A DNA stretch of 64,000 nucleotides from assembly GCA_028023455.1 (NCBI GenBank), contig JAQFVV010000006.1, forward strand, positions 15,252,001 to 15,316,000, read 5' to 3'. Of the stretch, positions 10,101 through 24,131 are shown piece after piece (within the stretch, counting starts at the first letter, position 1; each line of letters opens with the position of its first letter). Both the position numbers and the translations under genes were made by a program. The notes under the pieces were generated by a model. The model searched no databases. It had not been told where the DNA came from and was given only the letters and a program-made list of their open reading frames with translations. This stretch comes from Epiperipatus broadwayi. Taxonomy: Eukaryota; Animalia; Onychophora.

Positions 10101-11196
10101 AATTGTTATGTTATCAATTTTTGAAGTGTTTAAGCTATGTATTATCTCAGCTAAGAAGTATTATATATGGTTTGAATGAGAATTTTATGAAGAATGCAAA
10201 TAAATTATCAATGAAGATGTAATTTTTAGAAATTATAAACAATAAAGTAATCATTTTTTTTAGATGTTGAAATTTCTTTTTTCTTCTCACTTTTTTAATG
10301 GTAATCACTACTTGTCTTGCCTTATTGTTTTCCTTAGTTTTTCTATCAATATATAGCACTTTATTGTGAAAATAGTCTCGAGTCAGTTTTTTATAAATTT
10401 AATATAGCAGCAAATACCATAATATAATTAAATAAGTCTGCATTAACTATTTCATAAAATGCAAGTGTATTCTTTTCTCTAGTTTTTCTTTAATATATAT
10501 TCAACTCAGCCAAAGCAAATTTATTGTTAAGTAATTATTAATACTTTTTCAGAATACTGTATTTTTACTACAATTGCTCCATTTCTATAAGACTTTTTAA
10601 CAGTTTGTTCTTTTTTATAAGGATGGTCTAATTATATCCAGGATTTTTAGTGAACTGCATCATTTTTATCTCCATTTCACTTATGATTAAATATTAAAAT
10701 AGATGCTTTGCTATGTTTCAAAAATGTATAAAACCAAGAGTGGGTTTCAGTTAAAAAATTTATACTTCAAATTAATTTAGAAATTTTGTTAATTTAGTAT
10801 TATGTCAAACATGTGTTTTAAAAGTAGAATCACATGTATATAAGTGCACACACATGAATTGGTAAAATTTTATTTTTTACAAGTAACAATTTTTTTTTTT
10901 TTTTACAAAAAAAGTACATTTTGTAAAGAATTTCTTATCTTTTATACAAGATTTTTAAAAATTGTATAACAATGCTTAACCTCAAAATAAAATTATACTC
11001 TGTTGTAATAAAATCTAAGTAACAATTTTTTTTTTTTACAAAAAAAGTACATTTTGTAAAGAATTTCTTATCTTTTATACAAGATTTTTAAAAATTGTAT
11101 AACAATGCTTAACCTCAAAATAAAATTATACTCTGTTGTAATAAAATCTAAAAGTTAAGCATTGTTCACATAAGGCATAATGGAATTTATTAGTAT

Positions 11197-14148
11197 TGAA
11201 GCAGACGATCTGATGCTCAGATCCTGCTTCACAGCCCACGTCCAATCTACCATCTAATCATGTTTAAACCTATCCTTACGCATGTATGAATATTTATTAG
11301 TAGGTATATATCTTTTTTGCTTTATTATTTTAGCATAAATAATGTAGATATTTATATATCTTAACCTAAAACTATTTAAGAAATAAATAATTAATATTAT
11401 TTTCATGTGTATGCGTGCGTAATGGATAAAAATATATTTTCAGTGTAAAAGATTGCTTAGAAATCATAAAAATTATATATATTATGTATTTAAAGGTCAT
11501 ATATGAAACATTATTTTTTTTATATTTAATTTAGCAGTAAGAAATGATGCAATTCTTTTAAAAGTTTCTCGAAAACAATTACCCAGAAAAGCCCATTATT
11601 TAAAAGTAAAAGATTACAATTTTGTAATAGTAAAATAAATCCATTAGTGGAAATTTCATCCACGCCAACTTGTTTTAAAATCATAAGACTTATTTTAAAA
11701 CAATCGTTTGAGAAACTGATAACAGAATTGCATTGTTTCAAAAGGCTTACAAGACAAAGGAGATCCGGTCAGCCAATTTTAGCTTGGCTAAAGTGCAGAA
11801 ATTTCCTCAGATCCAGCAGTAGTTGCTATGCTACATCACAAAAAAGGAGTATAAATACTGCTGGATTTGAATCCAAAGAGAGAGGAGACAACCATAAATT
11901 TCATGATGCTAAACCAAATCCACGTCAGTCTGAAATTTTATCCAATGTGCCATGAGTAGGGAAAATTTCACCTTCCCCTTCATTCCAATATGCTTTTCCC
12001 GTAACAAAGTCCAGATCCTGTACTTATGAACTCTAAAATATCTGCCGATTAAATAAATAAATGCTACCCATCATTCTAGATCTAATGCATTAATGCTGAT
12101 GAACATTACTCGTATCAAGGACTGCTACTCCGTATATCAAAGTAAAGAACTCTAGCCACTCTTTATTATCAAACTCAGCCTTCTTTATAATAACTATCAT
12201 CCTGATGCTCTATTTTGATATTATGTTTAAATGTTTATATTATGTAACTTTCTGTAATATAACTTATTCTATCATTAAGCCTCTACTTAACATGTTTTCC
12301 TTTTTTTTTCCATGCGGCAAATAACTCTAGTTCATTATGTTTTATGTATTATGTTTTAAAATGCCAATAATATTTTCAAAATCGCTAACATATATTTTAT
12401 TTCTATTTTTCCTACCCATTATTTACGGGGTAATTAAGAACATAGGTTAATTAAAAATAAGTTTTATTCAACTTATGCAGGTGTTCATGATTTTGGAAAA
12501 ACAAAGTCATTAAGTGATAAAAATTGCTATAGAAAACAGATCAACATCTGTTTTCGTAAAATGCTCTTTTTCTTTCTAAATAATAATAATGCGCTGTTCT
12601 TAAGTTTTAATGTAATTTATGTATATATAAAAATCTATATGTTATCCCAACTATTACCACCACCCCAGTTATTTATGTATCAACTTATTTACTTTCATAA
12701 TATTAACCGAGATGGGTATTCATTAAACATGTGGGGAGTTAAAACTTAACGTAAACAGGAGGAAAAATCTTTATGTCTTAAAATTCTATATTTAGTTAAA
12801 TTTATCATGCATGCCTGTTTAGCGATTAGATCACACCATTATGCAGGGTATTCTATAATTTATGGGTTTTAAATATTTAAAATAGTCTTTAGAGCTATAC
12901 CTTTCGTTATCCTCGAATGTTGCGTGCATATAGGCAATTTTGTTTCTATATTATATATATATACATGCTTCTCTTTACAGAGGTCTCACAAAGTCGAGCC
13001 GCATCATCATTCTCAAGGTCCAAGAACCAGGCTTAAACCCCCCTGGGGACATATTTGGTTGTATATACGTGCTTATAAGGGCATCACTTTGGAGAAACCA
13101 GCCCAATAATGCATAGCCAACCGCTCTTCGTTTCAAAACAGATCCTTCCAATGTTTGCAGAATTATATCGGTAAATTTTCAAAATAAATTCCACGAAGCA
13201 CACGTTCGGATCCGTGACTGAATCACATCATAGATGCCGCCATGCACGTATCACCTGTGTTATATTTCTAGTAAACCCATGAACACCCATAAGCCGTAAT
13301 GTTGTGATTTTTCTAAACAGACATCTAATGCCCATTATTTAAGATGCGCGTCATTGCGACAAATTTATTAATATAAATATTCATTAGCCATCCCACATGT
13401 CTGCCACTTTATAAGTCAAATTAATAGTTATATTTTGTACAAATCTAATGTTTCCTTATTAAACAATTATTCTTTTTCAAATCGGTTAAATGCTATTTTT
13501 CGTTTTCTTTGGGAGTGAAATAGTATTTCAGCAGTACGTTTCTAAGAGCGCTAATTCTTTATGGTATCTATTATTGGCATTACCACAAATGTAAACCAAG
13601 GTATTGTAAAATCTGATTTTGATATATAAATCAAAGATCATCTTATTTCTTAAAATCAACCATTATATAATATTTTCGAGCCCAGTGTCTGACAAATAAT
13701 CGGATGAATTTATTTATGTCTATCAATATAATAAATCTCAAATATATATCATACATTTTCGAATCATTGTGCTTTCTTTTATTTAAGTCAATATTAATTC
13801 ATAAGTTATGCTCATGATGATTAGATGATCTCCGCTAAAATACGTACTTAGTATGCAAGGTCTTGAGCCGTCATTGATTCTAAATGAGAGTTCAGTTTAA
13901 GTTAGTATATCATTAAATTTAGCTTAGAGTCTTTTTGTATCTCTGATGAGCAATGCTGGTGGTGAGAAATAAAATTAGATCGATGTCATCGGGATTGTTG
14001 CTCATAAGTTGGTAGATCTGGAAAATAGGCAAGAAGGGCAGAATTCATGAATGTTCCTGACTTATGTATCTTGCGCAGGATTGGATTCGAGGTACTTTTG
14101 CCTAGATGCTAGATCTTGTTATGTGAACATACAAAACCAACCGGTACA
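11197..14148 (+). repeat. 5' LTR (2952 bp)
   Basis: Starts TGAAGCAG, ends CCGGTACA; colinear with 20040-22887. Confidence 0.9.
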
Positions 14149-14170
14149 GGTTTTGTTTCTTCCCCAGGTT

Positions 14171-14189
14171 TGGCACGTCAACATAGGGC
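14171..14189 (+). promoter_or_regulatory. Primer-binding site, degenerate tRNA-Lys type
   Basis: TGGCACGTCAACATAGGGC(TTCGAA) resembles TGGCGCCCAACGTGGGGC(TCGAA), differing mostly by transitions. It lies 22 nt after the LTR end. Confidence 0.6.
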
Positions 14190-14449
14190 TTCGAATATAA
14201 AAACTCACATACCTGAGTTATTTTTTCATAAATAATGATATTGAATATATATATATGTGTAAAAAAAGTTTCCTTGGTTATGCACCCTGTTTAGATTTTT
14301 TTTATATTAATATACACTCTCTGCAAGTCATTATTAGTATAAGTATAATTTTTTTTTCAGTATATATATATATATATAAGTATATTTCTCCAGTAAATAA
14401 TGTTATATATGCAATATTTTTCTCATAATAGTTTTGAAAAATATATATG

Positions 14450-15130
14450 GTTTTCGCAAATCTATAAAAGAAATAAAATAATGCCAGTTTTGTTTTTTTT
14501 CTTTCACGTTATAATAAAATAAAAGATAGATAAAGAAGTATATGCTCTAAATAATAGTAAGCAATGTTTTATATAGTGTTTTTGTTTTTTTCCCATAAAT
14601 GTTTTAATTACAGGCATAATTCTCATGAATAAAGTATGGCAGCTTTTAAGGGGCTCTCACTTTTGCAATAATATAAATAAAGAAGTGCGTTCTCCAAACA
14701 ATAAATAATGTTTTAGATATAAATAATGTTTTAGATATAATGTTTTTTTCGTAAATGTTTTAAAATACATGTAGGATTCTCACGAGTAAAGTGTGGCAGC
14801 TTTTAAGGGGCTTTCATGTTCATATTAAAAGATAAAGTGTGTATTCTAAATGATAATGTTTTATACATAATGTTTTTCTTTCATAAATGTTTTTAAATAC
14901 ATATATAATATTTTCAAAGTTGGCAAAAAAAAGAAATAAAATAGTGACAGCTTTTAAAATGCTTTCACTGGCAGAATAAAATATAAAGTAATAAGTATTA
15001 CAAATAATCGCAACTATGCAGATTTTTTTTTCAATAAATAATGTTTATATGCATATATAACTGCCTCAGGTTAATGAAAGAAATAAAGTAGTGACAGCTT
15101 TTAATACTTTCATTCCCTTATATATATAAA
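14450..15130 (+). repeat. Degenerate tandem repeats in the Gypsy 5' leader
   Basis: Recurrent (A)AATAAAGTRKGRCAGCTTTTAA..CTYTCA and AATGTTTT blocks at ~14455, 14630, 14790, 14938 and 15084. Confidence 0.65.
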
Positions 15131-15774
15131 TACTTGCTAAAGTAATAATGACTACTTTTTGTTTAACGTTATCACATTATAAAGCTGGGGGTGTATAACC
15201 GTTATAAATAAGTATATATTTTGGAAAAGTGTACAAGCCAGTAATAGTGGATCATCTGGTCCGATCATATAGCCTTACTTCTTTTGGCTGGCGTCCAGTA
15301 GCAATACCAATATAAATTTGCCAATAGGTGGTAGAGATATTGCATAAAAGAATAGTTTAAAACAATGATTCAGAACGCAAAAAGGTATATAGGGTTTTCT
15401 TCTTTAAATATAAAATATACATGTATCAATTTTAATAAATGTTCTTGCTAATAAATAATTTTGTTAAGATATTTCAAGTGCTGAAGAACAACCAAAACAA
15501 ACAACGAAGCAGGACAGAAAGAAGGCCAGATAGATAACATAATAATTATTATCTATATTTTTTTTGGAAGGCTGGATCTAGGAATTAATTAAAAGAAATA
15601 AAAGTCAGGCAGGATCGAGGCAGTCATAAGTAGATACAAATTAGGTACAGGAGTAAGAGATTAGAGTAAAGGGGAAGAGTGTTGAGAATGGGGGGAGGTG
15701 TGTCATTCCATAGGATAAAAAAATCATAGGACCAACTATCGTTTTTTTATTTTATTTTAGCTATTCAGAGTCAG

Positions 15775-18700
15775 ATGTGTATATATAAGAGAAAGGGTTA
15801 CCACAGTGCAAAAAACCTCGAAGTATCGAATCTTGCACAGTTAGTGCGGGTAAAAACTTTTCAGGGAGTAGTTGAAGAAAACCCAATGGAGCACATTAAC
15901 AGTTTGAAAGAACTTTTCTCTTTTTATCCATTTGACCATGACGGTCATATAGTGACAGCAAGCCAGCATCTAAAGCAGACCGCCAAGGATTGGTGGCATT
16001 CTCTAAAAAAAACCAAGTACTTTCCAGGAATATAAGATAGCCTTGTTAAGACATTATTGGAGCGAAGAGAGGCAGGAAAGAATACTTTGAAACTTAACTG
16101 GCGAAAAATATCTAGAAAATGGAAAGAACACATATATGCAATTTTTCCTATGCCAAGTGGCTCAAATGCAGACACTTACAGCACTCCCATACTCAGATGC
16201 ACACATTATCAGGATTATCCAATCTAATATGCCACCATGGCTGCAAAGCATGATGATAGCAGAATCACCGATGTTGAGGGAATGAGTCAATTCCTGACCT
16301 CCATAGACTATGGATACAGTCATCCAAAACCACTCAAAAAGGCAGGTAGAATCAACAATAAAACAGACCAAGTATATAATAAAAGCAATATGAAAAAAAT
16401 AAACACCTATCAGGCCAGCACCATGATCCCCTTACAATGATCATACATGAGGGAGAGGAATCAGTGGAAACAAGGGAAGCCAGCATATCTCCAACCCTTA
16501 AAATGGATGTGAAGGGTCATGTGACTTATGCCCTATTGGACACTGGGAGCCAGGTATCATTAGCATCAAAGTCATGGATCCAGAAGCTGCAGAAAGATAA
16601 AAGAGCATGCATGCAGGTACCAGTGCACCCTATTCATTTGGTCTTGGCAAATGGAAAGAGCACAATGAGTGAGAATTACCAAATCTGGCTAGAGATCATG
16701 TTACCAAATCTGGCTAGAGATCAGGTTTTCCAAGGAACTGTTTGGCCATACCTTTCTAGTGATACCGGGGTTACTATATGATGTAGTATTGTGGTCTGAT
16801 TATCTGACTCAGCACAGTGGGGTTATTGATTATCCGGGAAAGATATACCACTTAGGGAATGAACCCCTGAAATTTGAACAGCAAGATCACCAAATACCGA
16901 GATAATTAGTTGTTTCATCCAACCTGTAGATCCAGGGATTATCAGTACCAAGATTAGGGAGTCAGCGTTGATGGAGGCGAAAGATCAACTGACACTGAGA
17001 ACAATATTAGAAGATCACATCAAAGTCTTTTCCAACACCCTAGGGAAGATACGTGGATATACTCACTGAATACAATTAAAAGAAGAGTTGTATGCCCAGT
17101 CCAAGACCTATCCTATCCCATTCCAATATCAGGAGGAGGTAGAGCAACAAATTCCCCAGATGATGGAGTGGGACGTAATCGAAAGAAGCCCCTCACCATA
17201 TAACAATCTGCTGGTGGTAGTTAAAAAAATGGAACCCTACAACTGTGCCTTGATGCCCACTGGCTTAATAATATGACAATCCCTGAAGTGGGATGTCCCA
17301 CCTTCCATCCAAGACATTTTTGTCCAACTTGCAGGGAAAACCTTTTTCTCTGCATTGGACCTCATAATCAGTTACTGGCAGATGGTCTTGGATCCATGGG
17401 ACTAGAAATACACTGCATTCAGATACCAAGGGCAAACCCATGTCTAAAAAAGAGTTCCTTTTGGACTCGTCAATAGTGGAGGAGGGCTGATGCGGTGTCT
17501 AAAATGAATCCTCTCAGAAGATATGCAGAAGCACATGGTCTGTTATGTGAACAATATTGTCATTGTGTCCACAGATCTCACTGAACACATGACTTACCTG
17601 ACTAGATTTTTCCAAGAATGTACCAAGGAAAATATAACAATCAACCTCAAGAAAAGCCAATTTGCAGTTAGAGAAATCACCTTTCTAGGCCATGTTATAA
17701 ACGAGCATGATATTAAAGTGCATCCAGAGTAAATCAAAGCAATAAAGAAATTCCCAAAACCAACAACCAAAAAACAGGCCAGGTCCTTTATTGGCCTGTG
17801 TGATTTTTATCATACATTTTACCCTGGGTTTGCTACTGAAGCTGGGAACTTAGTGAACCTCCTTCACAAAGAAATGAGAATGTACTGACGCACATGATCA
17901 TGACATGGAAACCATAAAAACTAATTTCCTTCAAACTGTCATTGCTTATGTCCAAATGGACAGTAGCAAGAAGCACCCATTTTATGTCCAAATGGACAGT
18001 AGCAAGAAGGGTTTAGGGGCGGTCCTATTTCAGATGGGTCCAGAAGGACAACATCAAGTTTTATACTTTAGCAGCCAAACTTTAAAAGGTGCAGAGATCA
18101 ACTACACTATTACCGAGCAAGAAGCCCTCACAATCATCTGGGCATGTCAAAAGTTCAAACAGTTCCTTCTAGGATCCGAGGTCATCATTGTTACGGACCA
18201 TAGATGTTTAGAAATTTTTGAACAAAAGTTTCTTAACAAACGATCAAGTAATAAGGTGGAGCCTTTTTCTACAGAAATTCCAATATAAGGTGATATACTG
18301 CCTGGGTCAACATCCCATACCTATTGAGCCATGAAACCCAGCAGTAATAGATCAGACTGTAAAAATTATGACCATGACCAAAGAGACCATGATGGACTCA
18401 AAGTTGAAGATCCTGCGATACTGGCAAGATTTAAGTTCACAATTCACCGATTTGAATACGGACAGGTCCAATGATGGAGCCAAACACCCCAGCAGATGGC
18501 TCTCACAATACAGAATCATGGAAGGGATTTTGCAAATAAACACGGAGAGTAAGGATAATCCATGGAAAATATTAACTCTAGAAACCCGTTAATAATGCAT
18601 GTATATAAAGCCTTATGACACTATGGACTGAGAAAAATTGAAGAGGCATTACGGCACCAATTTTACTGGTCAGGGTATGCCCAAATATTAGTCACATTGA

Positions 18701-19590
18701 GAAGGTGTACTATTTGTGCCCAATGTAAATTCCCAAACCAATCCTATGCCAGGGCTAGCAAGCCAGTTATAGCTATGACTTCCAATGAGTTACTGGCTAT
18801 TGACCATTATGGTCCCCTGCTAAAGTTCTGAAGTTTTCAATACCTCTTAGTGACATATAATGTTTTCTCGAAATATGTACAAGCATACCCCATAAAACTG
18901 CTGATTCCAAGGGAGTCATTCATGTTCTCCAAGATATACAATTCTGAGATGTAGGGAAGCCCCGCACCATACTATCGGACCATGGATCTGCATTAACTTC
19001 AAACACATGGAAGACTTGGATCTCCAAGCAAAAGCTGACACACTGACTCACGTCCATAAGGAACCCGCAATCCAACCCGTGTGAACAAGTCATGTGGTAA
19101 ATCAATAGACTGTTTCATACACACCTTACAACTAACTACCAACCTTGGGTAGATAAAACTAAAGAAGTGGTTAGTTATATCAATCATACGATAAATGAGT
19201 CAACCGGCTTTACACCAAAATGGCTGCATTATGGGGAACCATGCCCAAAAATCTTCAAGGTACCCTTACCACATGATGATACAAATATCAACTCATTGCA
19301 GGATCAAGAGGATGACAGGCAATGTTTAGCACATATGGCCTGAGTGCGGGTGCAAAGAGGACTCCCCTCACACCACAAATTTCAGAAAGGGGATGATGTA
19401 TCGTTACGGAACCCAAACCCAGCAACCCTACAAAAAAGGAATTCAAAAAGTTCTTTCCTTTATATCAGGGGCCTTATCACTTTGAAAGGGAATGTGGGGA
19501 TAATGCATTCTTACTGAAAGAAGTCAATGGGATCAAAGGGACTTTTAATGCAAGACAGTTGAAGCCATACATACTGCCAGATCGAGGGAG
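15775..19590 (+). pseudogene. Gypsy gag-pol, frameshifted and with stops
   Basis: gag (TAKDWWHSL, LLRHYWSEERQ); protease ALLDTGSQVSL (~16530); RT YPIPFQYQEEVEQQI and YVNNIVIVS (dead YVDD); RNase H QMDSSKKGLGAVLFQ..EQEALTIIWA..TDH; integrase CTICAQCK, LAIDHYGPL, ILSDHG; GPY/F-like YQGPY. No env recognised. Confidence 0.9.
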
Positions 19591-20032
19591 AAATTAAATA
19601 AATCTAAAAATTGGACGGACGGTGAACATAGACAAAATGGACATACTCGACGATGAATGACCCCAGACCTTAGTTACAATGTTTTATATATTTGTAATTT
19701 GTAGTATAGTTTTTTTCTTGTTATTTGTATTTTAGGCTAATCATAAATCGGTAGTAATATTAAGATGGAACATGCAATTTTCGCATAAAGCTAAAGAAAA
19801 CCAATTGTTCCCTCAAAACTGTCATACCGTAGAGATATTTAGGTAGTCTTACAAGATAGGTAAAGAAAAGTTATTTTTTTTACCAAAATAAGTTCAAAAC
19901 AATATTCAGTTAGATATAAATGAATTTTTTAAACCATGGTACACATTACCAATGCACTAGTTGTTTTTTAGTCACCGAGACATCAAGTAAAAGAATTTTT
20001 TAAACATTTTTGTTTTTATTCATTATAAGTTT

Positions 20033-20039
20033 GGGAAAA
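20033..20039 (+). promoter_or_regulatory. Polypurine tract (short)
   Basis: TTTGGGAAAA immediately before the TG of the 3' LTR. Confidence 0.45.
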
Positions 20040-22887
20040 TGAAGCAGATGATCTGATGCTCAGATCCTGCTTCACAGCCCATGTCCAATCTCCTACCATC
20101 TAATCATGTTTAAACCTATCCTTACACACGTATAAATATGTATTAGTAAGTATATTTTTTTTGCTTTATTATTTTAACATAAATAACACAGATATTTATA
20201 TATCTTAACCTAAAACTACTTAAGAAATAATTAATATTATTTTCATGTGTATGCTTGCGTAATGGATAAAAATATATTTTCAGTGTAGGAGATTGCTTAG
20301 AAATCAAAAATATATTTAATTTAGCACTTAAAAATGATGCAATTTTTTTAAAAATTTTTTCGAAAACAATTACCAGGAAAAGCCCATTAGTTAAAAATAA
20401 AAGATTACAATTTTGTAATAGTAAAATGAATCCATTAGTGGAAATTTTGTCCACACCAACTTGTTTTAAAATCATAAGACTTATTTTAAAACAATCGTTT
20501 GAGAAACTGATAACAGAATTGCATTGTTTCAAAAGGCTTATAAGACAAAGGAGATCCGGTCAGCCAATTTTAGCTTGGCTAAAGTGCACAAATTGCCTCA
20601 GGTCCAGAAGTAGTTGCTATGCTACATGACAAAAAAAGGAGTATAAATACTGCTGGATTTGAATCCAAAGAAAGAGGAGACAATAAATTTCATGATGCTA
20701 AACCAAATCCATGTCAGTCTGAAATTTTATCCAATGTGCTGTGAGTAGAGCAAATTTCACCTTCCCCTCCACTCCAATATGCTTTTCCCGTAATAAAGCT
20801 CCAGATCCCATACTTATGAACTCTAAAATATCTGCCGATTAAAAAATAAATGCTACCCGTCATGTCGTATTCAAACCCTAGATCTAATGCATTAATGCTG
20901 ATGAACATTACTCGTATCAAGGACTGTTATTCCGTATATCAAAGAACTCTACCCACTCTTGATTATCAAACAGCCTTCTTTATAATAACTATCATCCTGA
21001 TGGTCTATTCTGATATTATGTTTAAATGTTTATATTATGTAACTTTCTGTAATATAACTCTATATAACTTATTCTATCATTAAGCCTCTACTTAACGTTT
21101 TCCTTTTCTTTCCATGCAGCAAATAACTCTAGTTCATTATGTTTTATGCATTATTTTAAAATGCCAATAATATTTTCAAAATCGCTAACATATATTTCAT
21201 TTCTATTTTTCCTACACATTATTTATGGGGTAATTAAGAATGTAGGTAACTTATGCAGGTGTTCATGATTTTAGAAAAACAGTCATTAAGTTATAAAAAT
21301 TGCTATAGAAAACAAATCAAAATCTGTTTTCATAAAATGCTCTTTTTCTTTCTAAATAATAATAATGCGCTTTTCTTAACTTTTAATGTAATTTATATAT
21401 AAAAAAAAATCTATATGTTATCCCAACTATTACCACCACCCCAGTTATTTATGTATCAATGTATTTACTTTCATAATAGCTTTTATTAACCGAGGTGGGT
21501 ATTCATTAAACATGTGGAGTTACGAATAACTTAAAGTAAATGCGAGGTGAAATCTTTGTCTTAAAATTCTATATTTAAATTTATCATCCATGCCTCTTTA
21601 GCGATTAGATCACACCATTACACAGGGTATTCTATAATTTATGGGTATTAAATATTTAAGATAGTCTTTAAAGCTACCCCTTTCTTTATCCCAGTGTTGC
21701 GTGCCCATAGGCAATTTTGTTCCTATATTATATATATATATCGGTTTCTCTTTATGAACCAAAAGCCCCCCCCCCCCCTTTCTCAAATTAAAAAACCCGG
21801 GTTAAACCCCCCAGGAAAATTTTTTGTTTTGTTTGGGTGTTTATAGGGGGGTCGCTCTGAAGAAGCCACCCCATTAATGCATAGCCGACCGCTTTTCATT
21901 TCAAAACCGATCCTGCCAATGTTTGCAGAATTATCAGTATATTTTCAAAATGAATTCCATGACACACAAGTTTTGGATCCATGACTGGATCATGTCATAG
22001 ATGCCGCCATGCACGCACCGTCTGTTATATTTCTAGTAACCCCATAAGCTGTAATGTTGTGATTTTGCTAAACAGACATCTATGCTCATTATTTAATATG
22101 CGCGTCATTGCAACAAATTTATTATTAATATAAATATTCATCAGCCATCCCACACATCTGCCACTTTATAAATCAAATTAAGTTATATTTTGTACAAATC
22201 TAATGTTTCCTTATTAAACAATTATTCTTTTTCAAATCGGTTAAATGCTATTTTTCTTTGGCAGTGAAATAGTATTTCAACAGTACGTTTCTAAGAGCGC
22301 TAATTCTTTATATCTATTATTGGCATCGCTGCAAATGTAAACCAAGATATTGTAAAATCTGATTTTGATGTATAAATCAAAGATCATATTATTTCTTAAA
22401 ATCAAGCATTATATAAAATTTACGAGGCCAGTGTCTGACAAATAATCAGACACATTTATTTATGTCTTATCAAATAATAAATCTCAAATATATATCATAC
22501 ATTTTCGAATCATTGTACTTTCTTTTATTTAAGTCAATATTAATTCATAAGTTATGATCATGATGATTAGATGATCTCCGCTAAAATACATACTTAGTAT
22601 GGAAGGTCTCGAGCCATCATTGATTCTAAATGAGAGTTCAGTTTAAGTTAGTATATCATTAAATTTAGCTTACGAGTCTTTTTGTATGTCCGATGAGCGA
22701 TGCCGGTGGTGAGAAATAAAATTAGATCGATATCATCAGGATTGTTGCTCATAAGTTGGTAGATCTGGAAAATAGGGCAGAATTCATGAATGTTCCTGAC
22801 TTATGTATCTTGCGCAGGATTGGATTCGGGGTACTTTTGCCTAGATGCTAGATCTTGTTATGTGAACACACAAAACTGACCGGTACA
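20040..22887 (+). repeat. 3' LTR (2848 bp)
   Basis: Colinear with the 5' LTR, with many substitutions and small indels; followed by the GTAT TSD. Confidence 0.9.
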
Positions 22888-24131
22888 GTATGGAGTATAA
22901 AAATATTCTATGTTAAATGATTAAAACCTAGCTTATTAATTAAAAACCTGCCTATTTTAAGATTTTAATCTAAAAAAATTGTATGAGAACAATAGACCAA
23001 ATTTGTATAAAAGCTCCCCAAAATCTGTTGTTCATTGATTTTAGTCATTATATTCCATTACATTCAATCATTGATTTCAGTCATTAGATTCCATTACATT
23101 CAATCGATTTATTCACCAGATTTTTCCAAATCTACCACTTAAGATCGTATTCCAAACACTGGAGCTCTTATTCTTTGCAACAAGCCACAATTATTGCCAC
23201 CAATTTCACCAAAATTATTGCTTGACAATAGATTGACAAGTGGCCTGCAGTAATAAAATGAGATAGTAGATTATTCCAAGTAATGTTCTTTGAAATATGC
23301 TTGGCTATGCATCTTACCAAGACAAACTCCATGCTCTATCCTGAACTTTCATTATCCAACATGTCAAAATTATAAATCCTTGGAAAACTGAGCTCCTAAA
23401 TACAAGCTAAGGGAAGAGTCAATTGACCATTTGAAAAATTACAACTATAAAATGAACAAAGGTAGCTACCTCTGCAATAAATAAACTTAGTGATAATATA
23501 AACTTTCATATACCATAAGCCAGATGTTGTTATAATAATTATTTTCTTAATGTATACACACATTTTAACAGTAATTATTGATTTAGAAATGTATGTATTA
23601 TAAAATCTTAGTAATTATGAACCAGATATTCATGCACTTAATTAATTTCTTCATGGATTTATTATTATGATAAATATTGATTTATGTAATTAATAGACCT
23701 TAATATATTTTTGAAATTTTAGTCAAAAGACAAATATTTTACATTTTAAAGTAGATCAGTTTTGTAATTAGTTGCTATTATTAACATTCACGATACATAT
23801 AGCAAATGAGATTTTCCTTGTATAAAAGAAATCAGAAATCGTTAAACTATTGTTTCCAAATAGATTTGATATTTTTTAAAATTGTGCTTTAGTTATATAT
23901 GTGAAAATGTATTGACATATAGGTCAGACTTAAGTGAGGTATTTTAGCCTGCATATAGATTAAATGTGTATGGCTATGAGTGTAATAGCATGGTCTGGTC
24001 TAAGTTCACAATCTATATTTTGCATGGCTGGGGTTCAATCACACTGCACCATGTCTTAGCATATTCATGCTGGTATGTCTGGATTATATTAATAAGAAAG
24101 GATAGTAATAGCTGAAAATACACACGCTTAT

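Larger units (their letters stand above)
11197..22887 (+). mobile_element. Full-length degenerate Ty3/Gypsy LTR retrotransposon
   Basis: Two ~2.9 kb direct repeats, each TG...CA. 4-bp TSD GTAT (11193-11196, 22888-22891). PBS, PPT and gag-PR-RT-RH-IN order in between. Confidence 0.92.

Noticed and set aside
10880-11149. ~135-bp tandem duplication just left of the Gypsy element
   Set aside because: The copies are identical apart from T-run length; most likely an assembly overlap artefact or a trivial slippage event.
13943-13970. CTGATGA...GAAA in the LTR, and similar cores at 12097, 27262, 51175 and 57363
   Set aside because: No helix II, helix III or helix I pairing around the cores, and the LTR one is not conserved in the other LTR.
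17545-17556. YVDD changed to YVNN by two G>A changes, suggesting hypermutation
   Set aside because: Two substitutions in an old element do not establish a bias; ordinary decay suffices.
21735-21870. Burst of divergence and homopolymer runs in the 3' LTR
   Set aside because: Runs of C, A and T replacing ordinary sequence look like a low-quality read tail. Treated as sequencing error, and it weakens any codon-bias argument nearby.
23985-24055. tRNA-like relic (CATGGT...GGTTCAATC...ACCATG)
   Set aside because: The boxes are degenerate and there is no TSD or tail; cannot be supported as a tRNA or SINE.
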